Origin: a virus
Taxonomy: Duplodnaviria > Caudoviricetes
Direction: 5' to 3' (one strand)
Virus record (IMG/VR): IMGVR_UViG_3300011334_000183
Span: 1 to 35,882 of that record
Length of the DNA stretch: 35,882 nucleotides
Part shown: piece after piece, positions 1 through 8,731 of the stretch
How positions within the stretch are numbered: position 1 is the first letter of the stretch
Layout: every line of letters begins with the position of its first letter
Made by a program: the position numbers and the translations under genes
Notes under the pieces: model-generated
Seen by the model: the letters and a program-made list of their open reading frames with translations, nothing else
The model's database searches: none
Told to the model about the DNA's origin: nothing

Positions 1-1880
1 AGAAAAATCAAGAGTGGGTATCTTATGGCGAGGATAACAAATATCCAAGTCATTTGCTTTCGCTATTAAACACATCTGCTAAACACAATGCTATTGTCAA
101 TGGCAAAGCTAACTTTATTGCTGGTAAAGGTATTGTATTTGAAGACGATGCTAAACAATATTTAGCAGACCAATCAATCAATCGTAGTGGAGAAACTATC
201 AATGATATTTTAGAGAAAGTTGCACTTGATATTGAAACTTTTGGTGGTTGCTATTTAGAAGTTATCTATAATCCTTTCGGAACTGCTACTTCACTTTACC
301 ACATTGACTATAACAAAGTACGTTCAAATTGTGACAATACTTATTTTTATGTATCCGAGCAATGGGATTTGAAAAACAAACCGGATGATATTGAAGGTAT
401 TGCTGCTTTTGACGAAAAGAATAAAAGTGGTAAGCAAATAATTTATATCAAAGAGTATCGCCCTGGTGTTGCTACCTACACTTTGCCTACCTACCAAGGT
501 GCGATGAACTACATTGAACTTGATATTGCGGTTAGTGAGTTCCATTTGAACGCTATTCATAACGGAATGATGCCTTCAAAGTTAATTTCATTTAACAATG
601 GAGTTCCAACAGAAGATGAGCAACGAGTTATTGAACGCAAGATGAAGGAAAAGTTTGCCGGAGAAAAGAACGCTGGTAAATTTATTATCAATTTCAATAA
701 CGATCCGGCAAAAGCACCATCTATTTTAGACCTTTCTGCATCAGACTTGGACAAGCAGTTTGATATGCTAAATAAGACCATACAACAAGAGATTTTTTCC
801 GGACATAGGATAACTTCGGCTTCGTTATTTGGTATCGCTACAGAGGGTGCTTTGGGTGCGAGAAACGAAATGCGTACTGCTTATGAGATATTCCAAAATA
901 CTTATATAAATGGTAAGCAACAATTCATCGAAAGATGGTTTGGTTATATCTTACCTTTATTTGGTATAAACGAGGAGTTTCATATTCAACCTACCGAACC
1001 ACTTGGCTTTGAATTTAGTGAGCAAATTATTGCTGCTAATATGACTCAAGATGAAATTCGCGAGAAGCTGGGGTTACCGGCTCTTATTGATTTAAGTTCA
1101 AAACAAGATATTGTAAATTCAATAAAATCTTTGCCACAAGATATTGCTGCAAAAGTAATTGAAAATATGACTGCCGAAGAATTGCGTAGTTTAGTTGGAT
1201 TAGAAGCATTAGTTCAGCCAATACAACAAAGAAAGCAATTTAGCGAACAAGAAGACAATATCGCATTATCAGTATTTGCAGAGTTTGGAGAAGATGCTTC
1301 ACAATATCAAGTTGTAAAATCAAGAAAGGTGCAATTTAGTGATGACTTTCAACCATTGGCACACGAAGAATTTGCAACTATTGATATATTAATTACCGAA
1401 GCGCAAAGTGGTATCATGGCTTTGATACAAAAAGACCCATTGATTAGTATTGATGGATTGTCAAAAGCGTTAAAATTAGACCAACAAGTTATTGTATCTT
1501 CATTATCATCTCTTGAAAACAATGGTTTTATAACTCGCAATGAAATAACAAAGAACGATGCAGTAGTTATATCAAGAGAATTGACAGAAGCTGGGAAAGC
1601 ACAGAAAGGCGCACGTAAGCCATTGGCTAACATTAGCGTAAAATATAAATATGAAGTAAGTCCTGGTCTTGGTGCAGAAGTAATTGACACTACAAGAGAT
1701 TTTTGTAGAGGACTTATTAGAATGAATAAAGTTTATAGTCGTGCCGAAATAGAACAAGTAAGTCAAAGGTTGGGTTATTCGGTATGGCAACGTAGAGGAG
1801 GATTTTATCATAATCCGAGAACCGGTGTAACAACACCTTATTGCAGACATCGTTGGGTTGAACAAGTATTAATTAAATAA
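1..1880 (+). CDS. Portal protein, 5'-truncated copy (variant A)
   Basis: Open frame from the window edge and colinear with the full 645-aa ORF at 33679-35616. Portal-like motifs include NGMMPSKLISFNNG, KFAGEKNAGKFIINF, IFSGHRITS and MTQDEIREKLGLP. Confidence 0.85.
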   Translation, partial: KNQEWVSYGEDNKYPSHLLSLLNTSAKHNAIVNGKANFIAGKGIVFEDDAKQYLADQSINRSGETINDILEKVALDIETFGGCYLEVIYNPFGTATSLYHIDYNKVRSNCDNTYFYVSEQWDLKNKPDDIEGIAAFDEKNKSGKQIIYIKEYRPGVATYTLPTYQGAMNYIELDIAVSEFHLNAIHNGMMPSKLISFNNGVPTEDEQRVIERKMKEKFAGEKNAGKFIINFNNDPAKAPSILDLSASDLDKQFDMLNKTIQQEIFSGHRITSASLFGIATEGALGARNEMRTAYEIFQNTYINGKQQFIERWFGYILPLFGINEEFHIQPTEPLGFEFSEQIIAANMTQDEIREKLGLPALIDLSSKQDIVNSIKSLPQDIAAKVIENMTAEELRSLVGLEALVQPIQQRKQFSEQEDNIALSVFAEFGEDASQYQVVKSRKVQFSDDFQPLAHEEFATIDILITEAQSGIMALIQKDPLISIDGLSKALKLDQQVIVSSLSSLENNGFITRNEITKNDAVVISRELTEAGKAQKGARKPLANISVKYKYEVSPGLGAEVIDTTRDFCRGLIRMNKVYSRAEIEQVSQRLGYSVWQRRGGFYHNPRTGVTTPYCRHRWVEQVLIK

Positions 1881-2146
1881 AATGAGTGCAAACATATTAT
1901 TCATTTCAGAGCAAACGCTAAAAGATAGAAGTTTGTTGCAAGATAACGTAGATCCAAAGTTAATTAAACCTACGATTAAACAAGCACAAGATATTTACAT
2001 TGAACCTATCTTGGGGACTGGTTTGTATCGCCAATTACAAACTCAAATTGCTGCCAATAATGTTAGTGTTTTAAATGCAACACTTTTAAATAATTATATT
2101 ACAGATTGTTTATGTTGGTATGTGGCTTCCGAGATGGTTATGTCTT
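1..2146 (+). repeat. Imperfect terminal direct repeat, left copy (matches 33737-35882, offset 33736)
   Basis: Direct comparison: first 127 nt identical, then many mostly synonymous substitutions and no indels (stop 1880 corresponds to 35616). Confidence 0.97.
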
Positions 2147-2475
2147 TGGGTTACAAACTAACCAACAAGAACGTATTGCGTAAAAACTCGGAGAATAGCG
2201 AAACGCCATCACTATCTGAATTATTTGATTTGATGGAATACTATAAAAACAAAGCCGAAACATACGCACAACGTACAACAAATTATCTTATTGAATTTAT
2301 TACATCATATCCATTATATAATAATCCGGGTAATGGTGTTGATATAATTCAACCTAACGGAACAAGTTATTCAACCGGAATATATTTAGGTAATACTATT
2401 ACAAAAGATTACAAAGATTATTCAGATATGTACCAAAGTGAAGGTGGTGCTTTGGGAGTTGATTATAGAGATTAA
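1882..2475 (+). CDS. Putative head-tail adaptor/connector (DUF6712-like)
   Basis: Directly follows the portal. The N-terminus LFISEQTLKDRSLLQDNVDPKLIKPTIKQAQDIYIEPILG resembles Bacteroidota phage connector proteins. Confidence 0.6.
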   Translation: MSANILFISEQTLKDRSLLQDNVDPKLIKPTIKQAQDIYIEPILGTGLYRQLQTQIAANNVSVLNATLLNNYITDCLCWYVASEMVMSLGYKLTNKNVLRKNSENSETPSLSELFDLMEYYKNKAETYAQRTTNYLIEFITSYPLYNNPGNGVDIIQPNGTSYSTGIYLGNTITKDYKDYSDMYQSEGGALGVDYRD

Positions 2476-2576
2476 TGGCAAAAGATTATTCGGTAAAAAA
2501 CGTGGGTAAACTGAAAGTTTATTTGCAACAAGTAAAACAAGATGACAATAAATCAAGTAAAAAGCCTACTAAATAA
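2475..2576 (+). CDS. Small basic hypothetical protein (33 aa), not in ORF track
   Basis: TAATG coupling to the upstream stop; MAKDYSVKNVGKLKVYLQQVKQDDNKSSKKPTK. Confidence 0.45.
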   Translation: MAKDYSVKNVGKLKVYLQQVKQDDNKSSKKPTK

Positions 2577-2991
2577 TTTAGCTGACGATCATTTACAAAT
2601 AAATGATTATGGTTGGGGAGATGTTTGGGAGCTGGGAGAAAGCGAAAGTATTACTTATCCATTGATGTATGCTACGATTGGTGCTTCATCAATTCAAGGT
2701 AAAACATTTAACTTGAATATATCTTTGCTTTTTATGGATTTGGTTTATGGAGATGATAGCAATGTTGATAATGTTATTACGGACCAAATGTTAATATGCC
2801 AAGACATTATTGCACAATTAAGAAGTATTGATTTTGATTTTGTGTTGAACGATAGTGTTTCTATTGACTTCTTTACCGAACAATTCTCTGATTTAGTTGC
2901 CGGTGTGAAAGCCGATATCGTTCTTGAATTACCTTATCTTGCAGACAGATGTGCAGTCCCTACTGATTACGTTTTAACTGATGGGAACTAA
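2542..2991 (+). CDS. Putative tail terminator/completion protein
   Basis: 149-aa acidic alpha/beta protein (YPLMYAT...FTEQFSDLVAG) located after the connector. Confidence 0.55.
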   Translation: MTINQVKSLLNNLADDHLQINDYGWGDVWELGESESITYPLMYATIGASSIQGKTFNLNISLLFMDLVYGDDSNVDNVITDQMLICQDIIAQLRSIDFDFVLNDSVSIDFFTEQFSDLVAGVKADIVLELPYLADRCAVPTDYVLTDGN

Positions 2992-3248
2992 TGACACAGA
3001 AAGAAATGCAAACATTAGACAAACTATTCGCTGAAGTGCGTGAACTATCGCACAAAGTACAAAATATTGAAGATGCTATTCTTGGTAGCGATTACATCGG
3101 AGAAGGCATCAAAGAAAAAACCGACAAGAACACCAGAGATATTGAAAAGATAAATCAAAAGTTCAAACACTTTTATTTCTTTTTGATTGGTGCTGGACTT
3201 GCTGGTGGATATACCATCGTTGATTTGGTAAAAAAGGTTTTCTTATAA
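2991..3248 (+). CDS. Coiled-coil protein with C-terminal TM helix (XhlA/holin-like)
   Basis: N-terminal coiled coil followed by hydrophobic FYFFLIGAGLAGGYTIV. Confidence 0.5.
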   Translation: MTQKEMQTLDKLFAEVRELSHKVQNIEDAILGSDYIGEGIKEKTDKNTRDIEKINQKFKHFYFFLIGAGLAGGYTIVDLVKKVFL

Positions 3249-3285
3249 ACTTTCAACATTAAAATAAACAATTTCTTTTTTAATT

Positions 3286-3293
3286 TACTTTTG
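3286..3293 (+). promoter_or_regulatory. Bacteroidota primary-sigma -7 box (TACTTTTG)
   Basis: Matches TAnnTTTG in the intergenic gap ~20 nt before the ATG at 3314. Confidence 0.45.
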
Positions 3294-3313
3294 TTTAAAC
3301 AATTAAGCAAACT

Positions 3314-4057
3314 ATGTATAGACCACGCCTAAACGAAAGTGAATACGATTTAATAAAATCATTTCGTAGTTCAAATGTGGTGGGTATCATTGGAGATAGA
3401 CACGCACCATTTACACACCCAGATTATTTTAAATTTGTATATGAGGTATTTAATAAGTTTCAAGTTAATACTATTGTGGATATTGGCGATGACACTGATT
3501 TCCACGCCATTTCCTACCATGAAAGCGACCCAGATGGGCATTCGGCTGGTAGTGAATTAGACCTTGCTCGTAAAGAGCATGAACAATGGTGGAAAGCATT
3601 TCCAGAAGTTCAAGGTTGTATTGGCAATCATTCAAGTTTACCACATCGTAAACTACAAACTGCTGGTTTACCAAAAGCTATGTTCAAGACATATAACGAA
3701 ATGCTTGGTTATCCAGATGGTTGGAAGTGGGCATATTCACACGAAATAGATAACGTGCTTTATATTCATGGTACTGGTTCGAGTGGCGCACAAGGTGCTA
3801 TCAATCGTGCAAGAGATAATAGACAATCAACTTGCATAGGTCATATCCATTCATTTGGTGGTGTTAATTATTCAGCAAGTGATAGAGATATGATATTTGG
3901 ATTGAATGTAGGTTGTGGAGTAGATGTTCGTGCTTATGCTATGGCTTATGGTAAAGTATATGCAAAGAAACCTACACTTGGTTGTGGGATTGTTATAGAT
4001 GGAAAGATTGCATTGTTTATTCCAATGGATTTAGGTAGAAAAATTGAATATTTATAA
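3314..4057 (+). CDS. Calcineurin-like metallophosphoesterase
   Basis: Motifs GDRH, GDDTD, GNH, IHG and GHIH. Confidence 0.9.
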   Translation: MYRPRLNESEYDLIKSFRSSNVVGIIGDRHAPFTHPDYFKFVYEVFNKFQVNTIVDIGDDTDFHAISYHESDPDGHSAGSELDLARKEHEQWWKAFPEVQGCIGNHSSLPHRKLQTAGLPKAMFKTYNEMLGYPDGWKWAYSHEIDNVLYIHGTGSSGAQGAINRARDNRQSTCIGHIHSFGGVNYSASDRDMIFGLNVGCGVDVRAYAMAYGKVYAKKPTLGCGIVIDGKIALFIPMDLGRKIEYL

Positions 4058-4058
4058 G

Positions 4059-4196
4059 ATGAAAGTATTGGAAGCATTAGCAGAAGAAATTTCAAGGCAA
4101 AAAAAGATTGATGCGTTGATGAAATTAAAACAAATAAAAGAGTACGAGTTAAAAGAAATTAGAACTGCATTAAGAAAAATAATTCATAGAAAATAA
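4059..4196 (+). CDS. Small hypothetical protein (45 aa), not in ORF track
   Basis: ATG 1 nt after the upstream stop; MKVLEALAEEISRQKKIDALMKLKQIKEYELKEIRTALRKIIHRK. Confidence 0.6.
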   Translation: MKVLEALAEEISRQKKIDALMKLKQIKEYELKEIRTALRKIIHRK

Positions 4197-4236
4197 TTAA
4201 AACCTCTCGATGTATAGGTAAATCGTGTAAAATATT

Positions 4237-4512
4237 ATGGAAAATATTAAGAATGAACTAATTGAAAACACTGTACTAAACAACTTAATACAAGAGTTTA
4301 AGTCAGAAATTAACAAGACAACAGAACTTACAGACAAGCTACGTGTTGTTACGAATAAAATGTACGCATTACCTCAAGAGGATTTTGAATATGAAGAATT
4401 TGACGAAAATCACCCTTCAAGAATTAATGAGATTTCAAAAGACTTGTATGATTTGAAGTGTACAAATATTAGACTTAATAGTTATTTGGAAACGCTGAAT
4501 GCAGTTATTTAA
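4237..4512 (+). CDS. Hypothetical coiled-coil protein
   Basis: 91-aa ORF with an A-rich leader that fits the operon. Confidence 0.65.
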   Translation: MENIKNELIENTVLNNLIQEFKSEINKTTELTDKLRVVTNKMYALPQEDFEYEEFDENHPSRINEISKDLYDLKCTNIRLNSYLETLNAVI

Positions 4513-4555
4513 ACAATATTAATAATTTAGGCATTTAGAAGAAAAATATCCCAAG

Positions 4556-5035
4556 ATGACAGTAACTCACGATACAATGGAATGGTGGCAAAATGCTTCT
4601 ACTTCAACAAATTCTCCTTATAATGGAACAACAACAAATTATCCTTATAGTGAAACATCAACAAATACATTTGAACATTATACGTTAAAAGACAAAAGCA
4701 ACGTAATAGATACAAAGCGTATTTTTGAAAGTGGTAGCCAACGTGATGATGATACGAATAAACCATTAGTAAATCATTTGTCGGCTTACTTGCGTTTGCG
4801 CTTCGGTTACTTATTGCGTATTGGTGCAAACAAATACGGAAAGAATAATTGGCAAAAGGGACAACCAACTGAAGCAGCACTTGAAAGTATGCACAGGCAT
4901 TTAGCTAAATACGAATTAGGAGATAGAAGCGAAGACCATTTGTCTGCTATTGTATTTAATGTGCAGTTGATTATGAAGAACGAAGAACAAGTTGGAATTA
5001 AAATAGATGAATACTATGAAAATAAAAGTAATTAG
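4556..5035 (+). CDS. dATP/dGTP diphosphohydrolase domain protein (DUF5664-like)
   Basis: FESGSQRD...GANKYGKNNWQKG...SMHRHL...EDHLSAIVFN signature. Confidence 0.8.
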   Translation: MTVTHDTMEWWQNASTSTNSPYNGTTTNYPYSETSTNTFEHYTLKDKSNVIDTKRIFESGSQRDDDTNKPLVNHLSAYLRLRFGYLLRIGANKYGKNNWQKGQPTEAALESMHRHLAKYELGDRSEDHLSAIVFNVQLIMKNEEQVGIKIDEYYENKSN

Positions 5036-5474
5036 GGAAGTATTAACACCTACTGAAACGCTTGGTAGTTTATACATTAACGAAAAGTTCTTTTGCTACA
5101 CATTGGAAGATGTAGATAGAAAACTTAAAAATACAGATGCTATTGATTTTGTAAAGGCGCATAAGGTAAAAGCAAATACTGCAATACCAAGTGGAGAATA
5201 TAGAATGATACTATCTATGAGCAATAGGTTTAAACGTATTATGCCCGAAGTATTAAATGTACCCGGATTTCAAGGCATTAGATTTCACGGAGGCAATACA
5301 CATTTAGATAGTGAAGGTTGCGTACTTGTTGCTAAACAACGTAATATAAACAAGCCATCTGCTTGGCAAGGGATTAAAAATTGGGTATTTGGTAGCCAAG
5401 AGAAACAACTGGTAGCTGAAATGCAAAAGGTTTTAAGCAAAGGCGAAAAGATTTTTTTGTCGATAGTTTACTAA
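5016..5474 (+). CDS. DUF5675 family protein, probable endolysin (L,D-transpeptidase-like)
   Basis: CYTLED...TAIPSGEY...VPGFQGIRFHGGN...DSEGCVLV, immediately upstream of holin and spanin. Start is 5016 or 5007. Confidence 0.75.
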   Translation: MKIKVIREVLTPTETLGSLYINEKFFCYTLEDVDRKLKNTDAIDFVKAHKVKANTAIPSGEYRMILSMSNRFKRIMPEVLNVPGFQGIRFHGGNTHLDSEGCVLVAKQRNINKPSAWQGIKNWVFGSQEKQLVAEMQKVLSKGEKIFLSIVY

Positions 5475-5476
5475 AT

Positions 5477-5485
5477 TTATATTTA
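5477..5485 (+). promoter_or_regulatory. Putative late promoter box TTATATTTA, 5 nt before ATG
   Basis: Same motif and spacing at 19835, 26605 and 30091. Confidence 0.6.
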
Positions 5486-5490
5486 TAAGT

Positions 5491-5670
5491 ATGGAAGCAC
5501 TTAAAAAAGCATTAGCATTGCTAAAAGAAAATTGGAGAACTACCCTTGTTGGTGTGTTCTTTTTTGTGTTTGGTGTAGCATACTTTTTTAAGTTAATAGA
5601 TGCACAAGGTTTAACAATGGTTTGGGGCGCATTAGGAGGCGTAGGATTTACAATTTCAAAAGATGCGTAG
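5491..5670 (+). CDS. Holin (59 aa, two TM helices), not in ORF track
   Basis: MEALKKALALLKENWRTTLVGVFFFVFGVAYFFKLIDAQGLTMVWGALGGVGFTISKDA, lying between lysin and spanin. Confidence 0.75.
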   Translation: MEALKKALALLKENWRTTLVGVFFFVFGVAYFFKLIDAQGLTMVWGALGGVGFTISKDA

Positions 5671-6070
5671 ATTTGTATCACTTTTTATTTTGGTGCTCTT
5701 AAATGGCTTTATTTTAAGTGGGTGTTATACTCGTAAAATAAAAGAGAGAGAATATGTTACTATTCGTGATACCATAATTACGCCACCGGTCGTGAAGCTG
5801 GATACATTAACCCAATGGAATGATCGTTTTATATACTTAAAAGATAGCACGAACCAAATGTCGGTAGTTATTGAACGAGTAAAGAACAATTATATCCGAG
5901 TGAAAGCCGATTGTGTTCCTAAAAAAATTATAGTACCCATTACGAAGACGGTTATCAAAAGTAAACAAGTAATTGTTGAAAGTTTCTTTTGGAAACGTGT
6001 TTCATTAGTTCTACTTTTGGTTATTGGTGTTTATGTGATTTACGCCAAACTCTTGCCAAAAGGAGTTTAG
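5663..6070 (+). CDS. Unimolecular spanin (u-spanin)
   Basis: Lipoprotein signal ending in lipobox LSGC, a beta-rich periplasmic part and a C-terminal TM (VSLVLLLVIGVYVIYA); last gene of the lysis cassette. Confidence 0.75.
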   Translation: MRRFVSLFILVLLNGFILSGCYTRKIKEREYVTIRDTIITPPVVKLDTLTQWNDRFIYLKDSTNQMSVVIERVKNNYIRVKADCVPKKIIVPITKTVIKSKQVIVESFFWKRVSLVLLLVIGVYVIYAKLLPKGV

Positions 6071-6094
6071 TTAGTTTTTTGTTTATTGGTTTGG

Positions 6095-6127
6095 AGGGTA
6101 GTCGTTAATTCGGCTGCCCTTTTTTTA
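6095..6127 (+). terminator. Rho-independent terminator after the lysis cassette
   Basis: Stem AGGGTAGTCG/CGGCTGCCCT (with G-U pairs) followed by a T-run. Confidence 0.8.
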
Positions 6128-6140
6128 TTTGAAAATTATT

Positions 6141-6242
6141 TTGCTGATTTTCAGTAAGTTATAACTTTTTAAAAAATAATTCTTTTTTATTCAAACATTT
6201 ATTTTGACCTTCGATTCAACAAATCAAACAAAAAATTAAATT
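6141..6242 (+). promoter_or_regulatory. Putative early promoter P1
   Basis: AT-rich gap before the early genes. Shares TTGCTGATTTTCAGTA and TTTTTTATTC-N6-TTATTTnGAnnTTYGATT with the minus-strand promoter at 29878-29983. Confidence 0.6.
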
Positions 6243-6419
6243 ATGAAAAACTCAACAAACGAAATGTACAAAGCAACATTTTACAATCCCAAAACAAAAA
6301 CCAAAAACATCACCTTTTTAATCGCTGATGGAATTAAGGAAGCAGCATTGTATTGTATGAAAACATTCGGTGATGACTTCATTCAAGTAGAAACTTATTT
6401 AGGCGTAAAATTAAAGTAA
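6243..6419 (+). CDS. Early hypothetical protein (58 aa), not in ORF track
   Basis: MKNSTNEMYKATFYNPKTK...YLGVKLK with an AAATT-ATG leader. Confidence 0.65.
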   Translation: MKNSTNEMYKATFYNPKTKTKNITFLIADGIKEAALYCMKTFGDDFIQVETYLGVKLK

Positions 6420-6427
6420 TTAAAATT

Positions 6428-6607
6428 ATGAAAACAAAGCAACAAAAAATCGCAACTATGTCTTTTAATTCTGATTATTGGAACACCACAGAAGGTGTTA
6501 AAGTAATCGTAAAGAAGTATTATTGGTTCAATGGTGAAGTTTATTTGATAGGAGTTAGATTAGATAATAATGAAGTAGTTGATTTACCGGATATGTTTTT
6601 TAATTAA
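6428..6607 (+). CDS. Early hypothetical protein (59 aa), not in ORF track
   Basis: MKTKQQKIATMSFNSDYW...DLPDMFFN with an AAAATT-ATG leader. Confidence 0.65.
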   Translation: MKTKQQKIATMSFNSDYWNTTEGVKVIVKKYYWFNGEVYLIGVRLDNNEVVDLPDMFFN

Positions 6608-6611
6608 TATT

Positions 6612-6893
6612 ATGGAAAACTTACAACTCAATAACTTAAAAGAAACAATAGCCTATTGCGAGGCAATGGGTTTATCATTATGCCTTGCATCTTATGCAAA
6701 GAATGCATCCGGTGAAGGAATAATAGACATTGGATTTAACCCTAATAGTGGTTATGTTTATATCGCACTTGAAAATGGAATATCAATATGTAGCGCATTT
6801 GCTAACAATGTGGAATTTCTTGTTACGGATGTGTTTAGTGGCGAAGAAAAGTTTTATGAAACGTATAACGAAGCAGAAGAAAATGTTAGTTGA
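6612..6893 (+). CDS. Early hypothetical protein
   Basis: ATG at 6612 (MENLQLNN...) just after the previous stop is preferred over TTG at 6579. Confidence 0.7.
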   Translation: MENLQLNNLKETIAYCEAMGLSLCLASYAKNASGEGIIDIGFNPNSGYVYIALENGISICSAFANNVEFLVTDVFSGEEKFYETYNEAEENVS

Positions 6894-7038
6894 TAACTCA
6901 TTAACACCGGTAGAATTAGCGAGGCTAAAATATCGTAGGCTTTACGAAGAACAATTAATCTTCAAGGCAGAACGCAAAGAAAATTTGGAATACTCAATAA
7001 AAAACCTTATATTTAATATCCTAAAACTAAAAAACTAA
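6883..7038 (+). CDS. Early hypothetical protein (51 aa)
   Basis: The in-frame ATG at 6883 (MLVDNSLTP...) gives a short overlap instead of the 6730 start. Confidence 0.55.
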   Translation: MLVDNSLTPVELARLKYRRLYEEQLIFKAERKENLEYSIKNLIFNILKLKN

Positions 7039-7181
7039 TGAAATACATTGAAAAAAAATACAAAGTAATAGAACGTTTTGTAAGCAGAAAAGCATTATTT
7101 GTTGGAACTTATAAAGCGTGTGAAGTTTTTAAAATTAAAAACAGAGAAAAATATACATTATTAATAATATCAGAAAACTAA
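7038..7181 (+). CDS. Early hypothetical protein (47 aa), not in ORF track
   Basis: TAATG-coupled; MKYIEKKYKVIERFVSRKALFVGTYKACEVFK... Confidence 0.55.
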   Translation: MKYIEKKYKVIERFVSRKALFVGTYKACEVFKIKNREKYTLLIISEN

Positions 7182-7188
7182 TAAACTA

Positions 7189-7362
7189 ATGTCACAAAAA
7201 GTCCTAATCGTTGCAAACCCACAAGGTGTAGATGCAATAACAATCGGAAAGGAAGGAACGATTTTAAAAAAATTCTTCAACAAAGCATTAATCCAATTTA
7301 CTAACGAGTTTGGGGAATTAGAAGAATGGTATTTCTCAAACAATGAATTTCAAAACTTATAA
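7189..7362 (+). CDS. Early hypothetical protein (57 aa), not in ORF track
   Basis: MSQKVLIVANPQG...EEWYFSNNEFQNL; its stop is coupled to the ERF start. Confidence 0.65.
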   Translation: MSQKVLIVANPQGVDAITIGKEGTILKKFFNKALIQFTNEFGELEEWYFSNNEFQNL

Positions 7363-7919
7363 TGAAAAACTTAATCGAAAAGCTGGTGACTATTCAGAGT
7401 GAATTAAGAGCACCAAAAGGTCAAACAAACAAATTCGGTGGATACAAGTATCGTTCTTGTGAAGATATTTTAGAAGCACTAAAACCACATCTAAAAGAGC
7501 AAGGTTTATTCCTTTCAATTACAGATGAATTAGTGGCACAAGGCAACCGATACTACATCAAAGCAAGTGCTATCGTAACAGATGGTGTAGACCGGTGGTC
7601 TGTAGATGGATGGGCAAGGGAAGAAGAAGTTAAGAAGGGAATGGATAGTTCACAAATAACTGGTGCTTCTTCATCGTATGCTCGTAAGTATGCCTTGAAT
7701 GGATTGTTCGGTATTGATGATACCAAAGATAGCGATGCTACAAACGATGGTAACATTCCACAAATGCCAAGTGTTAATCTTCAAACTGCAATTTATGATA
7801 TTGGTTTAGCGAATGGTCTTGATGGTTTGAAAACAATTTGGGCGAAGTATCCACAATTCCAAAAGCAACAAGAGTTTATTGACGCAAAAGATAAAAAGAA
7901 AACTGAACTAAATGGATAA
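7362..7919 (+). CDS. erf: ERF-family single-strand annealing protein
   Basis: APKGQTNKFGGYKYRSCEDILEALKP...QITGASSSYARKYALNGLFGIDDTKDSD. Confidence 0.92.
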   Translation: MKNLIEKLVTIQSELRAPKGQTNKFGGYKYRSCEDILEALKPHLKEQGLFLSITDELVAQGNRYYIKASAIVTDGVDRWSVDGWAREEEVKKGMDSSQITGASSSYARKYALNGLFGIDDTKDSDATNDGNIPQMPSVNLQTAIYDIGLANGLDGLKTIWAKYPQFQKQQEFIDAKDKKKTELNG

Positions 7920-8700
7920 TTACTATAACATACCCCGAGTGTCAAATTCGGCACTTGGGTATTTCAAGAAATCACCGAAGCATTATTGGATGTATATGAA
8001 TGGTGTTTATAAAAAAGATGATGATGCGTTAAACTTTGGCAGATTGGCACATTCACTGGTATTAGAACCGGATAAATTCCATAAGGAATATATTGTTTTG
8101 AAAAACGAGGACAAGCCTAACCGAGCAAAAGATTTTAGGGACTCTGAAAACAAAGCGTGGAAGTTAGAACGACAAGAATTTGCAAAGATTAATAACTTTG
8201 AAATTGTAGACGAGGCAAACTACACTATCGCTTCCGATATGGCTTATGCTTTTTATGAACAACTTCCAAAGATGTTTGGTGGTTTATCCGGTGCTAATAT
8301 TGAAGTTTCTAAATTCTTTGAAATTGATGGTATTGAATGTAAATCAAAAGCAGATGTAATACTTGGAGATATGCTTATTGATTATAAGACAACAAAGTCA
8401 GCAGAGCCAAAGGAGTTTAATCGTTCTTTTTTCAACTTTGATTACCATCGTCAAGCAGCATTCTATACAGATGCGTACAAAACAAATCATTGTTATTACA
8501 TCGCACAAGAAAAGGAATATCCTTATATGATATCCGTACATAGAATTGCCGGTGATGTTATTGACTATGGTAGAAAGGAATATTTAGCCTTATTAGAAGG
8601 TCTTAAAATATGTAACAAGACCGGTTTGTATCCGGGTTATGAATTTAAAGAACCTATATTCAACCACTTTGATATTACATTGCCTAATTATTTAATTTAA
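7912..8700 (+). CDS. PD-(D/E)XK exonuclease (RecE/ExoVIII-like, DUF3799)
   Basis: SNSAL...SPKHY...FGRLAHSLVLEP...CKSKAD...IDYKTT...YHRQAAFY. Confidence 0.88.
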   Translation: MDNYYNIPRVSNSALGYFKKSPKHYWMYMNGVYKKDDDALNFGRLAHSLVLEPDKFHKEYIVLKNEDKPNRAKDFRDSENKAWKLERQEFAKINNFEIVDEANYTIASDMAYAFYEQLPKMFGGLSGANIEVSKFFEIDGIECKSKADVILGDMLIDYKTTKSAEPKEFNRSFFNFDYHRQAAFYTDAYKTNHCYYIAQEKEYPYMISVHRIAGDVIDYGRKEYLALLEGLKICNKTGLYPGYEFKEPIFNHFDITLPNYLI

Positions 8701-8704
8701 TTTT

Positions 8705-8712
8705 TATATTTG
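8705..8712 (+). promoter_or_regulatory. Bacteroidota -7 box (TATATTTG)
   Basis: Matches TAnnTTTG ~20 nt upstream of the ATG at 8732. Confidence 0.45.
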
Positions 8713-8731
8713 TTCACTTTAATTTAAAACT

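Noticed and set aside
1-2146. Genuine duplication of portal/connector genes or a physical long terminal repeat
   Set aside because: Physical terminal repeats are identical. The 127-nt exact overlap followed by divergence points to a strain-chimeric assembly.
4556-5035. 2-aminoadenine (Z) or 7-deazaguanine genome suggested by the dATP/dGTP hydrolase
   Set aside because: No purZ, DpdA/Que genes or phage DNA polymerase are visible.
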